64,000 bases of DNA from Blastocatellia bacterium (lineage in GTDB: Bacteria; Acidobacteriota; Blastocatellia; RBC074), in NCBI GenBank assembly GCA_016789725.1, contig JAEUQN010000002.1:24035-88034 (forward strand). The letters run 5' to 3'. Below, in pieces: positions 1 to 9,661 of this stretch. Numbering within the stretch: position 1 is the first letter of the stretch; every line of letters begins with the position of its first letter. The translations under genes and the position numbers were made by a program. The notes beneath the pieces were generated by a model. The model did no database searches. It saw nothing but the letters and a program-made list of their open reading frames with translations, and had not been told where the DNA came from.

Positions 1-1
1 G

Positions 2-361
2 GCGGTCATTGCCCTGGTGGTTGTTTTTCTTCGTCGTTTTTACCTCTCGCCTGCGCGGTTGTACAAAGCCGGACAGAAGGGCATCAACACCCTGCTCAGT
101 CAACTGTATCTTTGTTCGCTGATCGGTGCAGTGCTGGGCGACGTGGTCGGGATATTAGGCGTCGTGGCGAGTCTGGTGACGAGCAACCGCGAGTATAGTT
201 GGCGACTTGGCCTCGCGGCCTTGTTGATGATTGCGTACAGCTTCCCACGTCGCAATGAATGGTCGCGCGCAGTGGCTGGGATGGAATTGGAAAAGAACAA
301 CAGCGCAGGCGTCACGACAGCCGCAGAGCAAATCAAACTGGGGCTGAGCGAGCTTCAATAG
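2..361 (+). CDS. hypothetical membrane protein, 5' end outside window
   Basis: The frame is open from base 2 to TAG 359-361. It has two hydrophobic segments (LYLCSLIGAVLGDVVGILGVVASLV, LGLAALLMIAY). No family recognised. Confidence 0.4.
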   Translation, partial: AVIALVVVFLRRFYLSPARLYKAGQKGINTLLSQLYLCSLIGAVLGDVVGILGVVASLVTSNREYSWRLGLAALLMIAYSFPRRNEWSRAVAGMELEKNNSAGVTTAAEQIKLGLSELQ

Positions 362-425
362 CAGCAGGGTCGTTTTGTTATACCACACGTAAAATCCTTT
401 AGGTGATCTTGGGAGGAGCCGTCAA

Positions 426-2495
426 ATGAAATCAAACTGGAAACACTTCATCGCAATCACCAGCGTCAGCATGCTTTTTTCGTTGCCCACTGTCTGGGCC
501 GCGCAAGCTGCACCAACGCCCGTGACCACAGGTCAGACAGTTGCTGCTTCACCACAGGTCGAATCCGTTGAGGTAAAACAGAATCGAAAGCAGGCATATC
601 TGCGCTACATCGAAGCGCAAAGAATGAAGTCATTACGGACCACCAAACTGGGTGATCTGGTCACGATTTACAAAGAGATTATCCAGCTTGATCCCACCGC
701 CGCCGATCCTCATGCTGATTTGAGCGAGATTTATTTCTACTTACGACAAACTGACGCGATGGAACGCGAGGCCAAAGAAGCGATTCGCCTCGATCCCGAT
801 TGCCTGAACGGACACAAATGGCTGGCGCGGTTGTATATGATTACGGTGCGCTTTGAGAAAGAAGCGCAGCCCGCGCAGATTGATCGCGCTGTGCGGGCCT
901 ATGAACAAGTCGCGCGGATTGATCAGATCAATGCCGAAGCGTGGGCCTTTCTGGCCGATTTATACCAGATGAAAAATGATCCGGTGCGTCAGACGAAAGC
1001 CCTTGAAAAGCTCACGGCGATTGGTGCTCCGACAGAGACGGTATTTTATCGCCAAGTCATGAATACGGACATCTCGCCGGATCAAGCCTGGTATCAGCTT
1101 TCACAGCTTTACCTTTCACAAGGCAAGCATCCACAGGCTATCGAAGCCGCGCGCCGCGCGTTCGAGGGCGATCCTGACTCGGCTGTCAATGCGCGCAATC
1201 TGATGAATATGCTGCGCCTGTCAAGCAACGGTGAGGAGGAGTTGCAAACGTATTACCGTTTGCTAAAACGCTTCGATCTGCCAGTACTGCAAATTGGATA
1301 TAGCGCGGCGCTGGTGCGCGCTGGACGCTACAGTGAAGCGATTACGAAATTGCGCGAATTGCAAAAATCTGACCCGACCAATGTCGGCGTGATTGAATTG
1401 CTGGCGGTTGCCCAGCGCCGCTCTGGCAAGCGCGCAGAAGCTGTCGAAACGCTGAAACAAGGCATTGCCAGTCTGGAGCCGGGCGCACGCCAAAAGCTGA
1501 ATCTGCTTCTGGGCGAGACGTATGAAGAACTCGGACGCCCTGACGATGCAGTCGCGTATTACGAAGGTGTTTTTAACGAGCTTACGGCCAAAACCAAGCT
1601 GGATGCTTCCAGCACTGAAACGCTGACAACGGTAGTCGGACGGATTACGCGTACCTACAATCGGCAAGGCGATAAGAAAAAAGCCCAGGCTGTTTTCGCG
1701 CGCACACAACAGTTGCTGGGTGAAAATAATCCTATGCTCAGTTCATTGTTGATTGATGGATTGCGCGAGGACGGCAAATACCGCGAAGCGCTGGAAGCCA
1801 CTCGCGCCGCCATAAATCGTTACCCAACAGATCGCGCGCTGAAATTGACAGAAGCGATGATCCTTGGTGATCTGCGCAATTACAATGAAAGTTTGAATGC
1901 CTTGCGTGCAATGCTCAAAGAACAGACAGTGGGGGATACGACATTGTTGACCATCATGAGCAATATTCAATTACAAAGCGGGCAGCTCAAAGACGCTGAA
2001 GAGACGATTCGCAAAGCCTTAGAGATAGATCCGAATGACATGGATTTGCTGATTCAACTCGGTTCGATTCAGGATCGTGCCGGGCAACGCGCTGAAGCTG
2101 AAAAAACCTTGCGAATAGTTTTGCAACGCGAGCCTGACAACGCCACTGCATTGAATAATCTGGGGTATTACCTGGCAGAGCGTAATGCTCGCTATAACGA
2201 AGCGTTGCCCCTGATCGAAAAGGCCGTCAGCATTGAGCCATTGAATGGAAGTTTTCTTGATAGCCTGGGTTGGGTCCAGCACAAATTGGGGCGCTTACAG
2301 GAAGCGCGAGGTCATTTGGAAAAAGCGGCCTTGTATGCGCGCCGCAATGCAAACATCTACGAACATCTTGGTGATGTCTTGCGCGATCTAGGCCGAATGC
2401 AGGAAGCCCGGCGCAATTGGGAGGCTGCTTTGGAATACTCCATTGAGGCGGGTGTTATTGCGCGCCTGCGCGACAAAATCAAAGGGACACAATAG
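426..2495 (+). CDS. secreted tetratricopeptide (TPR) repeat protein
   Basis: Signal peptide MKSNWKHFIAITSVSMLFSLPTVWAAQA, followed by many degenerate 34-aa TPR units (e.g. AEAWAFLADLYQMKND, ATALNNLGYYLAERNARYNEALPLIEKAVSIEP). A GGGAGGAG RBS lies upstream of ATG 426. Confidence 0.85.
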   Translation: MKSNWKHFIAITSVSMLFSLPTVWAAQAAPTPVTTGQTVAASPQVESVEVKQNRKQAYLRYIEAQRMKSLRTTKLGDLVTIYKEIIQLDPTAADPHADLSEIYFYLRQTDAMEREAKEAIRLDPDCLNGHKWLARLYMITVRFEKEAQPAQIDRAVRAYEQVARIDQINAEAWAFLADLYQMKNDPVRQTKALEKLTAIGAPTETVFYRQVMNTDISPDQAWYQLSQLYLSQGKHPQAIEAARRAFEGDPDSAVNARNLMNMLRLSSNGEEELQTYYRLLKRFDLPVLQIGYSAALVRAGRYSEAITKLRELQKSDPTNVGVIELLAVAQRRSGKRAEAVETLKQGIASLEPGARQKLNLLLGETYEELGRPDDAVAYYEGVFNELTAKTKLDASSTETLTTVVGRITRTYNRQGDKKKAQAVFARTQQLLGENNPMLSSLLIDGLREDGKYREALEATRAAINRYPTDRALKLTEAMILGDLRNYNESLNALRAMLKEQTVGDTTLLTIMSNIQLQSGQLKDAEETIRKALEIDPNDMDLLIQLGSIQDRAGQRAEAEKTLRIVLQREPDNATALNNLGYYLAERNARYNEALPLIEKAVSIEPLNGSFLDSLGWVQHKLGRLQEARGHLEKAALYARRNANIYEHLGDVLRDLGRMQEARRNWEAALEYSIEAGVIARLRDKIKGTQ

Positions 2496-2726
2496 CAATA
2501 AATTTATTCAAAACTATTTGCGACTTGAGGGTTGCCAAATTTCTTTTCGTCAGGCATAATCCCGCCCGATTCGATGACTGAATAGCGGTCAGTCTTCACA
2601 ATCATCCTTTTCTGAAAAATAAAAAACGACAGATCAACTCACTTAGTTAGTACACCGAAAAATAATAGTTTTTGCGACTACCGGCCCCCGACCAATCCTT
2701 CGTCACATTTTGACAGGAGCTACGAG

Positions 2727-3254
2727 ATGTATCGCGTGATGTGTTTTGTTCTCTGTCTGGCGTCTGTTTTGTTGGCGTCTGACGTGATTACTTCCCCAAT
2801 TAAAGCGGTTGCGAATGAGTCGACTGCAACTGTCGTCCCCCTTGTTGCTACATCCGCCAGCATTGAAGAGCAAGTCTTTTCCGCGATCAATCACTTCCGT
2901 GAGGAACAGCATCTCTCGCCCCTGTCAATGGCGAAGGATTTAAGCAGTGTCGCCCGTTTTCACAGTCAGGATATGGCGACTCGCAGTTATTTCGATCATA
3001 TCAGCCCGGATGGAAATACCATGCGCAAGCGGGTACTCGGCTTCGGAATTACGAACTGGAATCGTCTGGCCGAAAACATCGCTATGAATTATGGACACAA
3101 CGATCCAGCTACCGTTGCCGTGAGAGGTTGGTTAAATAGCCCCGCTCACCGTCAGAATATTCTGGATCAGGACCTGACCGAAACAGGCATCGGCGTGGCA
3201 GTGGATGCCAAAGGCCGCATTTACCTGACACAGCTTTTCGCCCGTCGCAAGTAG
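2727..3254 (+). CDS. CAP/SCP/PR-1 (YkwD-like) domain secreted protein
   Basis: Hydrophobic N-terminus. The C-terminal ~120 aa carry CAP-domain landmarks (HSQDMA..YFDHISPDG, ENIA, GWLNSPAHRQNIL, TGIGVA). An AGGAG RBS precedes the ATG. Confidence 0.8.
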   Translation: MYRVMCFVLCLASVLLASDVITSPIKAVANESTATVVPLVATSASIEEQVFSAINHFREEQHLSPLSMAKDLSSVARFHSQDMATRSYFDHISPDGNTMRKRVLGFGITNWNRLAENIAMNYGHNDPATVAVRGWLNSPAHRQNILDQDLTETGIGVAVDAKGRIYLTQLFARRK

Positions 3255-3260
3255 CGCACT

Positions 3261-4232
3261 TTATTGCGCTAACGCCCTCGCTAAATCCAACAACGTTACA
3301 TCCAGCGCTTTTTCTTTCGACACGACTTCGCTCAAGGAGAGCGTAGTAATTTCTCCTTTTTGCAGTCCTACCAGCACTCCTTCTTCGCCGCGCAATAATG
3401 CCTCTACAGCGCCTGCGCCCAACCGGGTTGCCAGCATTCGATCAAACACACCCGGTGCTCCGCCGCGTTGCACATGCCCAAGCGTGGTGGCACGCAAATC
3501 AAAGCCGAGGCGTTCCTGATGCTCCTTGAAATATTTGACTAACTCTTCTGCATTATATTTCGCACCCTCGGCGACCACGACGATAGCGTGGGGCTTGCCG
3601 CGTTCGTACGCCTGGCGAATATCTTCGGCAATGACTTCAGGGTCCGTATCAATTTCAGGAATTACAATGGCTTCTGCGCCGCCCGCAATACCGGTCATCA
3701 ATGCGATGTAGCCGCAGTTGCGACCCATCGTTTCGATCAAAAAGGCGCGTTGATGTGAAGAGGCTGTGACTTTCAGACGATCAATCGCTTCGAGGGCAAT
3801 ATTCAGCGCCGTATCCACACCAATCGTAATTTCTGATCCATACAAATCGTTATCAATCGTCGAGGCGATTCCTACCACTGAAAAGCCAAGTTGCGACAAG
3901 GCATGCGCGCCCTGTTGCGAACCATTGCCGCCAATCACGACAAGCGCATCTACGGCGCGTTCTCGAAGCTGATGCAACGCCTTGAGCTGCCCTTCTTCAG
4001 TTTTCATCTCTGGACATCGCGCACTGCCCAACATGGTGCCGCCACGTTGAATGATGCCGCCAACATCTCGGCGTCCAAGCTGAATAAAATCACCGCCGAT
4101 CAAGCCTGCAAAACCGTGTCGAATGCCAAAGGTTTCCCATCCCTGATCAAGAGCGGTGCGGACAACCGCGCGAATGGCGGCGTTCATGCCGGGGGCGTCG
4201 CCACCACTGGTTAAGACTGCGATTCGGTTCAT
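3261..4232 (-). CDS. pfkA: ATP-dependent 6-phosphofructokinase
   Basis: Carries SGGDAPGMNAAIRAVV, RGGTMLGSAR, STIDNDL, ETMGR and HVQRGG motifs. The nucleotide loop reads GGNGS where E. coli PfkA has GGDGS. Confidence 0.93.
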   Translation of the reverse strand: MNRIAVLTSGGDAPGMNAAIRAVVRTALDQGWETFGIRHGFAGLIGGDFIQLGRRDVGGIIQRGGTMLGSARCPEMKTEEGQLKALHQLRERAVDALVVIGGNGSQQGAHALSQLGFSVVGIASTIDNDLYGSEITIGVDTALNIALEAIDRLKVTASSHQRAFLIETMGRNCGYIALMTGIAGGAEAIVIPEIDTDPEVIAEDIRQAYERGKPHAIVVVAEGAKYNAEELVKYFKEHQERLGFDLRATTLGHVQRGGAPGVFDRMLATRLGAGAVEALLRGEEGVLVGLQKGEITTLSLSEVVSKEKALDVTLLDLARALAQ

Positions 4233-4252
4233 CTGGTTTTCCTCGCTGTGAT

Positions 4253-4275
4253 AAGTAGCACGTTCAATGCTACTT
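4253..4275. promoter_or_regulatory. palindrome AAGTAGCA-N7-TGCTACTT in the pfkA/ackA divergent region
   Basis: Perfect 8-bp inverted arms (4253-4260 and 4268-4275) lie 21 nt upstream of the pfkA start and 94 nt upstream of ackA ATG 4369. The operator or 5'-UTR hairpin role is unproven. Confidence 0.3.
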
Positions 4276-4368
4276 GAACTCTTTAATGAAGGTGAAAAAT
4301 TTTACGCGACCAACGTCGAAGAAAAATGCCTTTTCGTGCTGGCCTTGTGCTTGCAGTATAGTTTGCCC

Positions 4369-5613
4369 ATGAACATTTTAGTTTTGAACTGTGGTAGTTC
4401 CACGATTAAATTTCAATTGATTGCAACAGACCTGAACGCAATTGAGCAAAACACAGATCGTCGATTGGCGCGCGGCGTCATTGAACGCATTGGCGGCGAA
4501 GCTGTTTTGACCTTGCAGGTCGAAGGACAGACTGTACAACGCGCAACCGCCTTGTTGCACGACATCCGTGCCGCCACAGATTACATTATTCGCTGGGCTT
4601 GTTCAGAAGCCTCTGGCCTGACAGAAATTCAGAGCGTTACCGATATTCAAGCCGTTGGGCATCGTGTGGTCCACGGCGGCGAACGATTTATTCAATCGGC
4701 CTTGATTACCGATGAGGTTCTGCGCGGGATCGAAGATTGTATTGACCTCGCACCATTGCACAATCCTGCCAATATCAAAGGCATTCTTGCGGTGCGCGAA
4801 TTGCTCGGTGCGGGGCTGCCACAGGTTGCCGTCTTCGATACGGCGTTTCATCAAACATTACCGGAACACGCCTATCTGTACGCGCTGCCCTATCAATTGT
4901 ATCGGCGGCATCGCATTCGACGCTACGGGTTTCACGGCACCTCGCATCGTTACATCGCGTATCGGTATCGTCATCTTCGCAATCTCAGCCGCGAAGATGT
5001 GAACATCATTACACTACACCTTGGCAATGGCTGTTCCGCCGCCGCAATTAAGGGCGGCAATTCGATAGATACTTCGATGGGGATGACGCCACTGGAAGGA
5101 CTTATGATGGGGACTCGGTCAGGCGACCTGGACCCGTCCATCGTGGATTTTGTCAGCCTGAAAGAGGGCTTATCCGCACGCGAAGTCGAAAGCTTGCTGA
5201 ACAAACAATCCGGGCTTTTGGGCATCTCTGGCCTGACACACGATATGCGCGATTTGTTGGACGAAGCGCACGAAAACAAAGATCGCCGCGCGTTGCTGGC
5301 AATCCAGATTTTTTGCTACCGTGTGCGCAAATACCTCGGCGCATATTTGGCGGCCATGAATGGCGCGGATGCGATAGTGTTTGCTGGGGGAATCGGCGAA
5401 AACTCCGCTGAGATCCGCGCACAAATTTGTGCCGGATTAGAGTGCTTCGGATTGCAATTAAGCGCTGAACGCAATGCAGAAATTGCATATCTCCGCGAGG
5501 GGCTAATTAGCACTGACGACTCTCGCCTCGCCGCCTACGTGATTCCCACCGACGAGGAATTATTGATTGCGCGCGATACAGTTCGCTGCGTTCAGCTCTC
5601 CAACCCAGCTTGA
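4369..5613 (+). CDS. ackA: acetate kinase
   Basis: The family-typical N-terminus [17 protein letters not shown] begins at ATG 4369, whereas the ORF track starts 34 codons earlier at 4267. Carries [31 protein letters not shown] and GGIGEN motifs. Confidence 0.93.
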   Translation: MNILVLNCGSSTIKFQLIATDLNAIEQNTDRRLARGVIERIGGEAVLTLQVEGQTVQRATALLHDIRAATDYIIRWACSEASGLTEIQSVTDIQAVGHRVVHGGERFIQSALITDEVLRGIEDCIDLAPLHNPANIKGILAVRELLGAGLPQVAVFDTAFHQTLPEHAYLYALPYQLYRRHRIRRYGFHGTSHRYIAYRYRHLRNLSREDVNIITLHLGNGCSAAAIKGGNSIDTSMGMTPLEGLMMGTRSGDLDPSIVDFVSLKEGLSAREVESLLNKQSGLLGISGLTHDMRDLLDEAHENKDRRALLAIQIFCYRVRKYLGAYLAAMNGADAIVFAGGIGENSAEIRAQICAGLECFGLQLSAERNAEIAYLREGLISTDDSRLAAYVIPTDEELLIARDTVRCVQLSNPA

Positions 5614-6515
5614 GTTTCTACGGGTGAGGTTTTGCTTTCTGCTAAAACCAAGCTCGCGGCTTTCACGGGGCGCGCGATTAATACCGGGCACGAAGACTGC
5701 CGTAAAATCGGCTCAATGTGAGAGCTGGATTGCAATTCGCCACCCGTTCCGCTGACGCCCAGACAGATCAGATCAATTTCGTGTTCGTCGGCGTATTCTA
5801 AAATCTCTCGATACGGAACACCTTCACGCACCGTCGCATTGACCTCGCACCAAAGTTGCGCTTCTTCGGGAATGGCATTCTGCAATTCGAGCGCGATGGC
5901 TTCCAATTCACCACTGGAGGACAATCCCGCGTCACCGCTGGTCGGGATTACGTGGAGCAAATGTAGCGCAGCCTGATATTGCTCGGCGAACAGTAGCGCC
6001 AGGCTGAGCGCCAATTCCGAATCGTTCGTAAAATCATATGCCATCAAGATGTTTTTGAGCCGGATTTCTCCCGTATCCGCATTGACCCAATCGTGTTCAT
6101 AGGGATGTGTAATTAGCACTGGACACGGAGCGGAGCGGCTCACCGTTTCGGCAGTTGATCCCAGCAGAGTCGCCGCATAGGTTTGTCGCCGCGAGTGCAT
6201 CACGAGTAGGTCTGCGTGTTGTTCTGCGGCCAGGCGGGGAATGACCTCCGCCGCATCCCCACGCCCGATGATTGGTTCCCAATCCGGCACGCCCGGACGG
6301 CCTGAATCGTCTTGATAGCAATGCTGTTGCACTGCTTCTGTTAACCGAGCGCGCCACTCACCCATCATTTCGTCGGATAGTTCTTCAGCCTCCGCCACGT
6401 GGCACACATACAGTTTGGCTTCGTGATCTTTCGCTAATGCCAGGCCATAGCTCAGCGATTCATCGTGCGATGAATGTAAATCGGTAGGGCAAAAGATTTT
6501 CTCTAAAGTCATCAT
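5592..6515 (-). CDS. tandem-domain universal stress protein (UspA family)
   Basis: Two USP alpha/beta domains (AKLYVCHV ... [27 protein letters not shown]; AALHLLHV ... [20 protein letters not shown]). I placed the start at ATG 6515 (MMTLEKIF) because the longer ORF would run into the upstream gene. Confidence 0.8.
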   Translation of the reverse strand: MMTLEKIFCPTDLHSSHDESLSYGLALAKDHEAKLYVCHVAEAEELSDEMMGEWRARLTEAVQQHCYQDDSGRPGVPDWEPIIGRGDAAEVIPRLAAEQHADLLVMHSRRQTYAATLLGSTAETVSRSAPCPVLITHPYEHDWVNADTGEIRLKNILMAYDFTNDSELALSLALLFAEQYQAALHLLHVIPTSGDAGLSSSGELEAIALELQNAIPEEAQLWCEVNATVREGVPYREILEYADEHEIDLICLGVSGTGGELQSSSHIEPILRQSSCPVLIARPVKAASLVLAESKTSPVETQAGLES

Positions 6516-6546
6516 AGGTGATCGCCTTGTTTGGAACGATGTCAGG

Positions 6547-7035
6547 TCAAACGGTTTCGCGGGCTTGTTCACCCGCGTGATAGGTGACATACACGAAGAT
6601 CGGAGTTTTCAAATCGCCTAAATGTTTTTTGACCAGCGGATACACGTCTTCCCAATTCAACCCTCCCACGCCGGTCGCCAGACGAGGCAGCGCGACGCTG
6701 GTAAATTCCTCTTTTTCGATCAAGTGCCGTAGTTCTTTGAGCGCGTGACTGACATTGTGAATGGACGCTTTGCCCGGATTTGCCTGATGGTTTTGCGGTG
6801 CTTCCTGTGTCAATAAATTGACCAGCCGTTTGCCGTCGGTGCCGCCCCAAACCCACGCGCTGCCGGGCTTGGGATGTGACACGTGGCAGTAGTGACGAAA
6901 GTCCTGATACATGGCCGGCCATTGTTCGCGTAACGCCAATGCCAAGCCCGAAGAAAAATGATCATTCGGCGCAATGCCGTGCGCGATGGCCTGTGCTGTA
7001 GTTAGTAAAATATCCCCGGTCACTTCTTGAATCAC
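6547..7035 (-). CDS. stand-alone macrodomain protein, TARG1/DarG-like subtype
   Basis: The N-terminus EVTGDILLTTAQAIAHGIAPNDHFSSGLALALREQWP resembles the GDLF..x..SLAHCIS.D..MGAGIA pattern of TARG1-type macrodomains. The distal ALPRLATGVGGL matches the macrodomain diphosphate-binding loop. Confidence 0.75.
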   Translation of the reverse strand: MIQEVTGDILLTTAQAIAHGIAPNDHFSSGLALALREQWPAMYQDFRHYCHVSHPKPGSAWVWGGTDGKRLVNLLTQEAPQNHQANPGKASIHNVSHALKELRHLIEKEEFTSVALPRLATGVGGLNWEDVYPLVKKHLGDLKTPIFVYVTYHAGEQARETV

Positions 7036-7064
7036 AATGATTGCTCCTTTAAAAAATAGTCATC

Positions 7065-7403
7065 TCAAGCCTGCGCTTTTTCAGCACAGGTTACACATCG
7101 GCTGGCGTGCGGTAAGGCTTCGAGCCGTTTGAGTGGAATCGGTTTCCCACAGCTTTCACAAACGCCATAGATTCCTTCATCCAAGCGTCGCAGGGTTAGT
7201 TGAATCTGTTCGATCTCGGTACGAATCGAATTGTCCAGCGCATCCAGCACTTCGTCGTTTTCGCGTTGAACCGCCTGCTCGGCAAAGTCCGCGTTTAGTG
7301 GTTCGTTGGCGTGTTGTACATCGCGCGAAATTTTTTGCAGGCGTGTTTGAATCGCTGCGAAACGCGAGGTTAATTGTTGTCGAATCGTGTCGTACTCTTG
7401 CAT
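7065..7403 (-). CDS. TraR/DksA family C4 zinc-finger protein
   Basis: Coiled-coil N-terminus followed by CESCGKPIPLKRLEALPHASRCVTCAEK (CxxC-N17-CxxC). ATG 7403 has GGAG 6 nt upstream. The ORF could also start at 7418. Confidence 0.8.
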   Translation of the reverse strand: MQEYDTIRQQLTSRFAAIQTRLQKISRDVQHANEPLNADFAEQAVQRENDEVLDALDNSIRTEIEQIQLTLRRLDEGIYGVCESCGKPIPLKRLEALPHASRCVTCAEKAQA

Positions 7404-7433
7404 AGCAATCTCCATCATTTGTCCTGTCGTCTG

Positions 7434-8372
7434 TTATTCGGCGGACGACCAAACGGGAATTTCCTGAAAGGAATTGGGGGGATTGTCGAGAGCGGGAACC
7501 GCTAACACCGGGCAATCAGCCGCGCGCACAATGCGCTCAGTCGTACTGCCGCGTAGCGCATCCAGGAACCCGTGATGGCCCTCCGTTGCCATCACAATCA
7601 AATCCGCGTTGCCATGTTCCGCCGCGCGCAAAACTTGTTCTTCGATGTCGCCATACTCCAACGAGGCTTCCCATTTCCAATGCTCGCCAGCGTAGGTTTT
7701 GATAGCCGGAAAACTTCTGGATGGCCCGATATGCAACACGGTAAACAAGACGTCCGTGCAGCCGAGCAATTCGGCAATTGAAGCTGCCGCGTTAATTGCG
7801 ATTTGTGGTTGTGGCGCATGATCCACCGGAATCAAAATGTGCTTCAGATTGACTGCGCCGTCCGCCAGTGAAACAAATCCTTCGACCCCCTCTGGGATGA
7901 ACAACGTCATTTCACCAGAACGCCGCGCGACAGATTCCGCAATCGTTTTATGCGTCAGGCGTTCCAATCCCCTGTATTGATGTGTTGCCAGTACAATCAG
8001 GTCGTGTGGATGTTTGTGCAGATAATGTAAGATAGATTCTTCTGTGTTTTTATGAGAGGCCGAAATTTTTTCGATCTTCAAGCCGATGTCGGCAAAAGCC
8101 TCTTTCGGCGCATTCGGCGGTAACATGTCCCATCTTTCCAGCGTCGTTCTGACGCGCGGAAATTCGCTCCAATGCCGATTACTTTGATCTGTCTCAGTGT
8201 GTAGGATCGTTAATTGCCCATGTTCCAATGTGGCAAATTTTAGGGCGTGGGCAAAGGCTACCGCACTGGTCTCTGAAAAATCTGTCGGATGAAAAATTCG
8301 ATTCCACGCTGGTTGCGACGGAATCACTTGATATTGTAGATGTGCGCTAAATGTTGTTTCGATGGAAACCAT
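7434..8372 (-). CDS. tandem-domain universal stress protein (UspA family)
   Basis: Two USP domains (GQLTILHT ... HDLIVLATHQYRGLERL..KTIAESVARRS; VLFTVLHI ... ADLIVMATEGHHGFLDALRGSTTERIVRAADCPVLAVP). Confidence 0.8.
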   Translation of the reverse strand: MVSIETTFSAHLQYQVIPSQPAWNRIFHPTDFSETSAVAFAHALKFATLEHGQLTILHTETDQSNRHWSEFPRVRTTLERWDMLPPNAPKEAFADIGLKIEKISASHKNTEESILHYLHKHPHDLIVLATHQYRGLERLTHKTIAESVARRSGEMTLFIPEGVEGFVSLADGAVNLKHILIPVDHAPQPQIAINAAASIAELLGCTDVLFTVLHIGPSRSFPAIKTYAGEHWKWEASLEYGDIEEQVLRAAEHGNADLIVMATEGHHGFLDALRGSTTERIVRAADCPVLAVPALDNPPNSFQEIPVWSSAE

Positions 8373-8474
8373 ATTGCTTTTCCTCTCTCAGGGCTAAAAC
8401 TAACTGTACTCTTATCCAGCAAGTGGTGTTCCTTACGATTTCACGGTCGCAAAAGTGGGATTTCCCCCGATGTT

Positions 8475-8490
8475 TGCGAAACTTTTCGCA
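8475..8490. promoter_or_regulatory. 16-bp palindrome TGCGAAACTTTTCGCA, candidate Crp/Fnr-family operator
   Basis: TGCGA-N6-TCGCA geometry, the same spacing as CRP TGTGA-N6-TCACA. It lies in the divergent USP-operon/cytochrome region. Its centre is 82.5 nt from ATG 8565. A near-identical copy lies at 13055-13070. Confidence 0.35.
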
Positions 8491-8564
8491 CAAAAGGCTG
8501 TGGCATTGACCTTGCTCAGATGGGAAAAAATTCTAACTGCCCCAAAGTCCCCAAAAGGAGTGTT

Positions 8565-9377
8565 ATGCGAAGAATTAAACTTGGATTAGTGATTGCCTTT
8601 AGTACGGTCAGTTTATTGTTGGTGGTGGCGGTCGCGCAAAAATCTTCCCGCCAGCCAAGTCGTACAGTGTCTGCGGTCTACCGCGAAAATAATTGCGTGA
8701 TTTGTCACGCAAGTTTGGTCGAACCGGTTGGGGTGAGCGCGCATTTTTACGAATGGCGAAACTCGAAGCATGAAAAACGTGGCGTTAGTTGCGAGAAATG
8801 TCATGGAGGCGATCCGACCTCGAAAAGTCTCACCACAGCGCACGAAGGGGTTCTTGCGCCGACCTTCGCACAAAGCAAATTGCATCCGAAGAATTTGGCG
8901 ACCACTTGTAGCGCCTGTCATCAGGATGTGGTCAACGCCTTTGTCAAAAGCACGCATTATCAAAAACTCCAGGAATCTAATGCCGCTCCCAGTTGCACCA
9001 ATTGCCACCATCACATGGCGACGTCCGTGATTACGTGGCCGCCGGATACGGCGGCGCTTTGTGCGAAATGTCATCAGGCGGGCGGCGTGGCTTCGCAATC
9101 CGCAAAAGTGCCAACCCGGGCCGGAGAAACGATTGCTGCTTTCAGTCGCGCTGATGGCATTGTCGAATGGGCCAGAGAATTGATCCGCGAAGGCAAACAG
9201 AAAAAACTCTCTTTCAAAGCAGAAGAAATTCAGTTGCAAAAATTTGAGAAGTCCCTGAAAGACGCGAAAACGCAATGGCACGCGTTCAACCTGACAGATT
9301 CACGCCAAACTGTAGATGAAGTCTTTCGTCAGGCGACCGTTGTAAAAGATGGCGTTTGGAAGAAATTACCTGAATAA
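8565..9377 (+). CDS. pentahaem c-type cytochrome, N-terminally membrane-anchored or secreted
   Basis: Five CxxCH motifs (CVICH, CEKCH, CSACH, CTNCH, CAKCH) within the first ~170 aa, then a ~100-aa helical tail. I placed the start at ATG 8565 (MRRIKLGLVIAFSTVSLLLVVAVA) behind AAAAGGAG. The ORF-track start at 8340 adds an implausible extension. Confidence 0.85.
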   Translation: MRRIKLGLVIAFSTVSLLLVVAVAQKSSRQPSRTVSAVYRENNCVICHASLVEPVGVSAHFYEWRNSKHEKRGVSCEKCHGGDPTSKSLTTAHEGVLAPTFAQSKLHPKNLATTCSACHQDVVNAFVKSTHYQKLQESNAAPSCTNCHHHMATSVITWPPDTAALCAKCHQAGGVASQSAKVPTRAGETIAAFSRADGIVEWARELIREGKQKKLSFKAEEIQLQKFEKSLKDAKTQWHAFNLTDSRQTVDEVFRQATVVKDGVWKKLPE

Positions 9378-9379
9378 GC

Positions 9380-9436
9380 ACGAGAGAGCCGCTGAGGAAG
9401 TTTGGTTGCTAAAGGCCCGGCTCTCTCGTCTTTCCT
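9380..9436 (+). terminator. stem-loop downstream of the first cytochrome gene
   Basis: Perfect 12-bp stem ACGAGAGAGCCG (9380-9391) / CGGCTCTCTCGT (9418-9429) followed by CTTTCC. The loop is large (26 nt) and the T-tract is weak. Confidence 0.45.
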
Positions 9437-9661
9437 GGAGACACTGCTCTTTAGACAGCAATCTGGATGCCAAAGCCTTTCGCCCTGATTTAAGGGGGAT
9501 TTATGCGTTTTGGCACCATCTAAACGCGTGATTTCCCACAACTAATGAGGAACTTTCCTCATTGCACCGCGAACTCTTCCCCCTTCAGCTTGAAAAGAGG
9601 TCCCCATTCAACTGGCATATCGGTTGCTCCCAAATGAGGTAAAAGGAGTGCTGTTGAAATT

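Noticed and set aside
5592-8372. DarT-like toxin next to the macrodomain (DarTG system)
   Set aside because: The neighbours are USPs and a TraR/DksA zinc finger. The macrodomain protein is single-domain, with no DarG C-terminal extension. No ART-like ORF is present on either strand.
8340-8564. N-terminal extensions offered by the ORF track (this one and those starting at 4267, 26089, 41438, 43302, 50286, 57305, 19071 and 25231)
   Set aside because: In each case an internal ATG preceded by a Shine-Dalgarno-like sequence yields the family-typical N-terminus or a proper signal peptide. The extensions also overlap neighbouring genes or promoters.
8613-9281. 222-aa minus-strand ORF
   Set aside because: Antisense to the pentahaem cytochrome gene, whose five CxxCH motifs and signal sequence clearly define the true frame.
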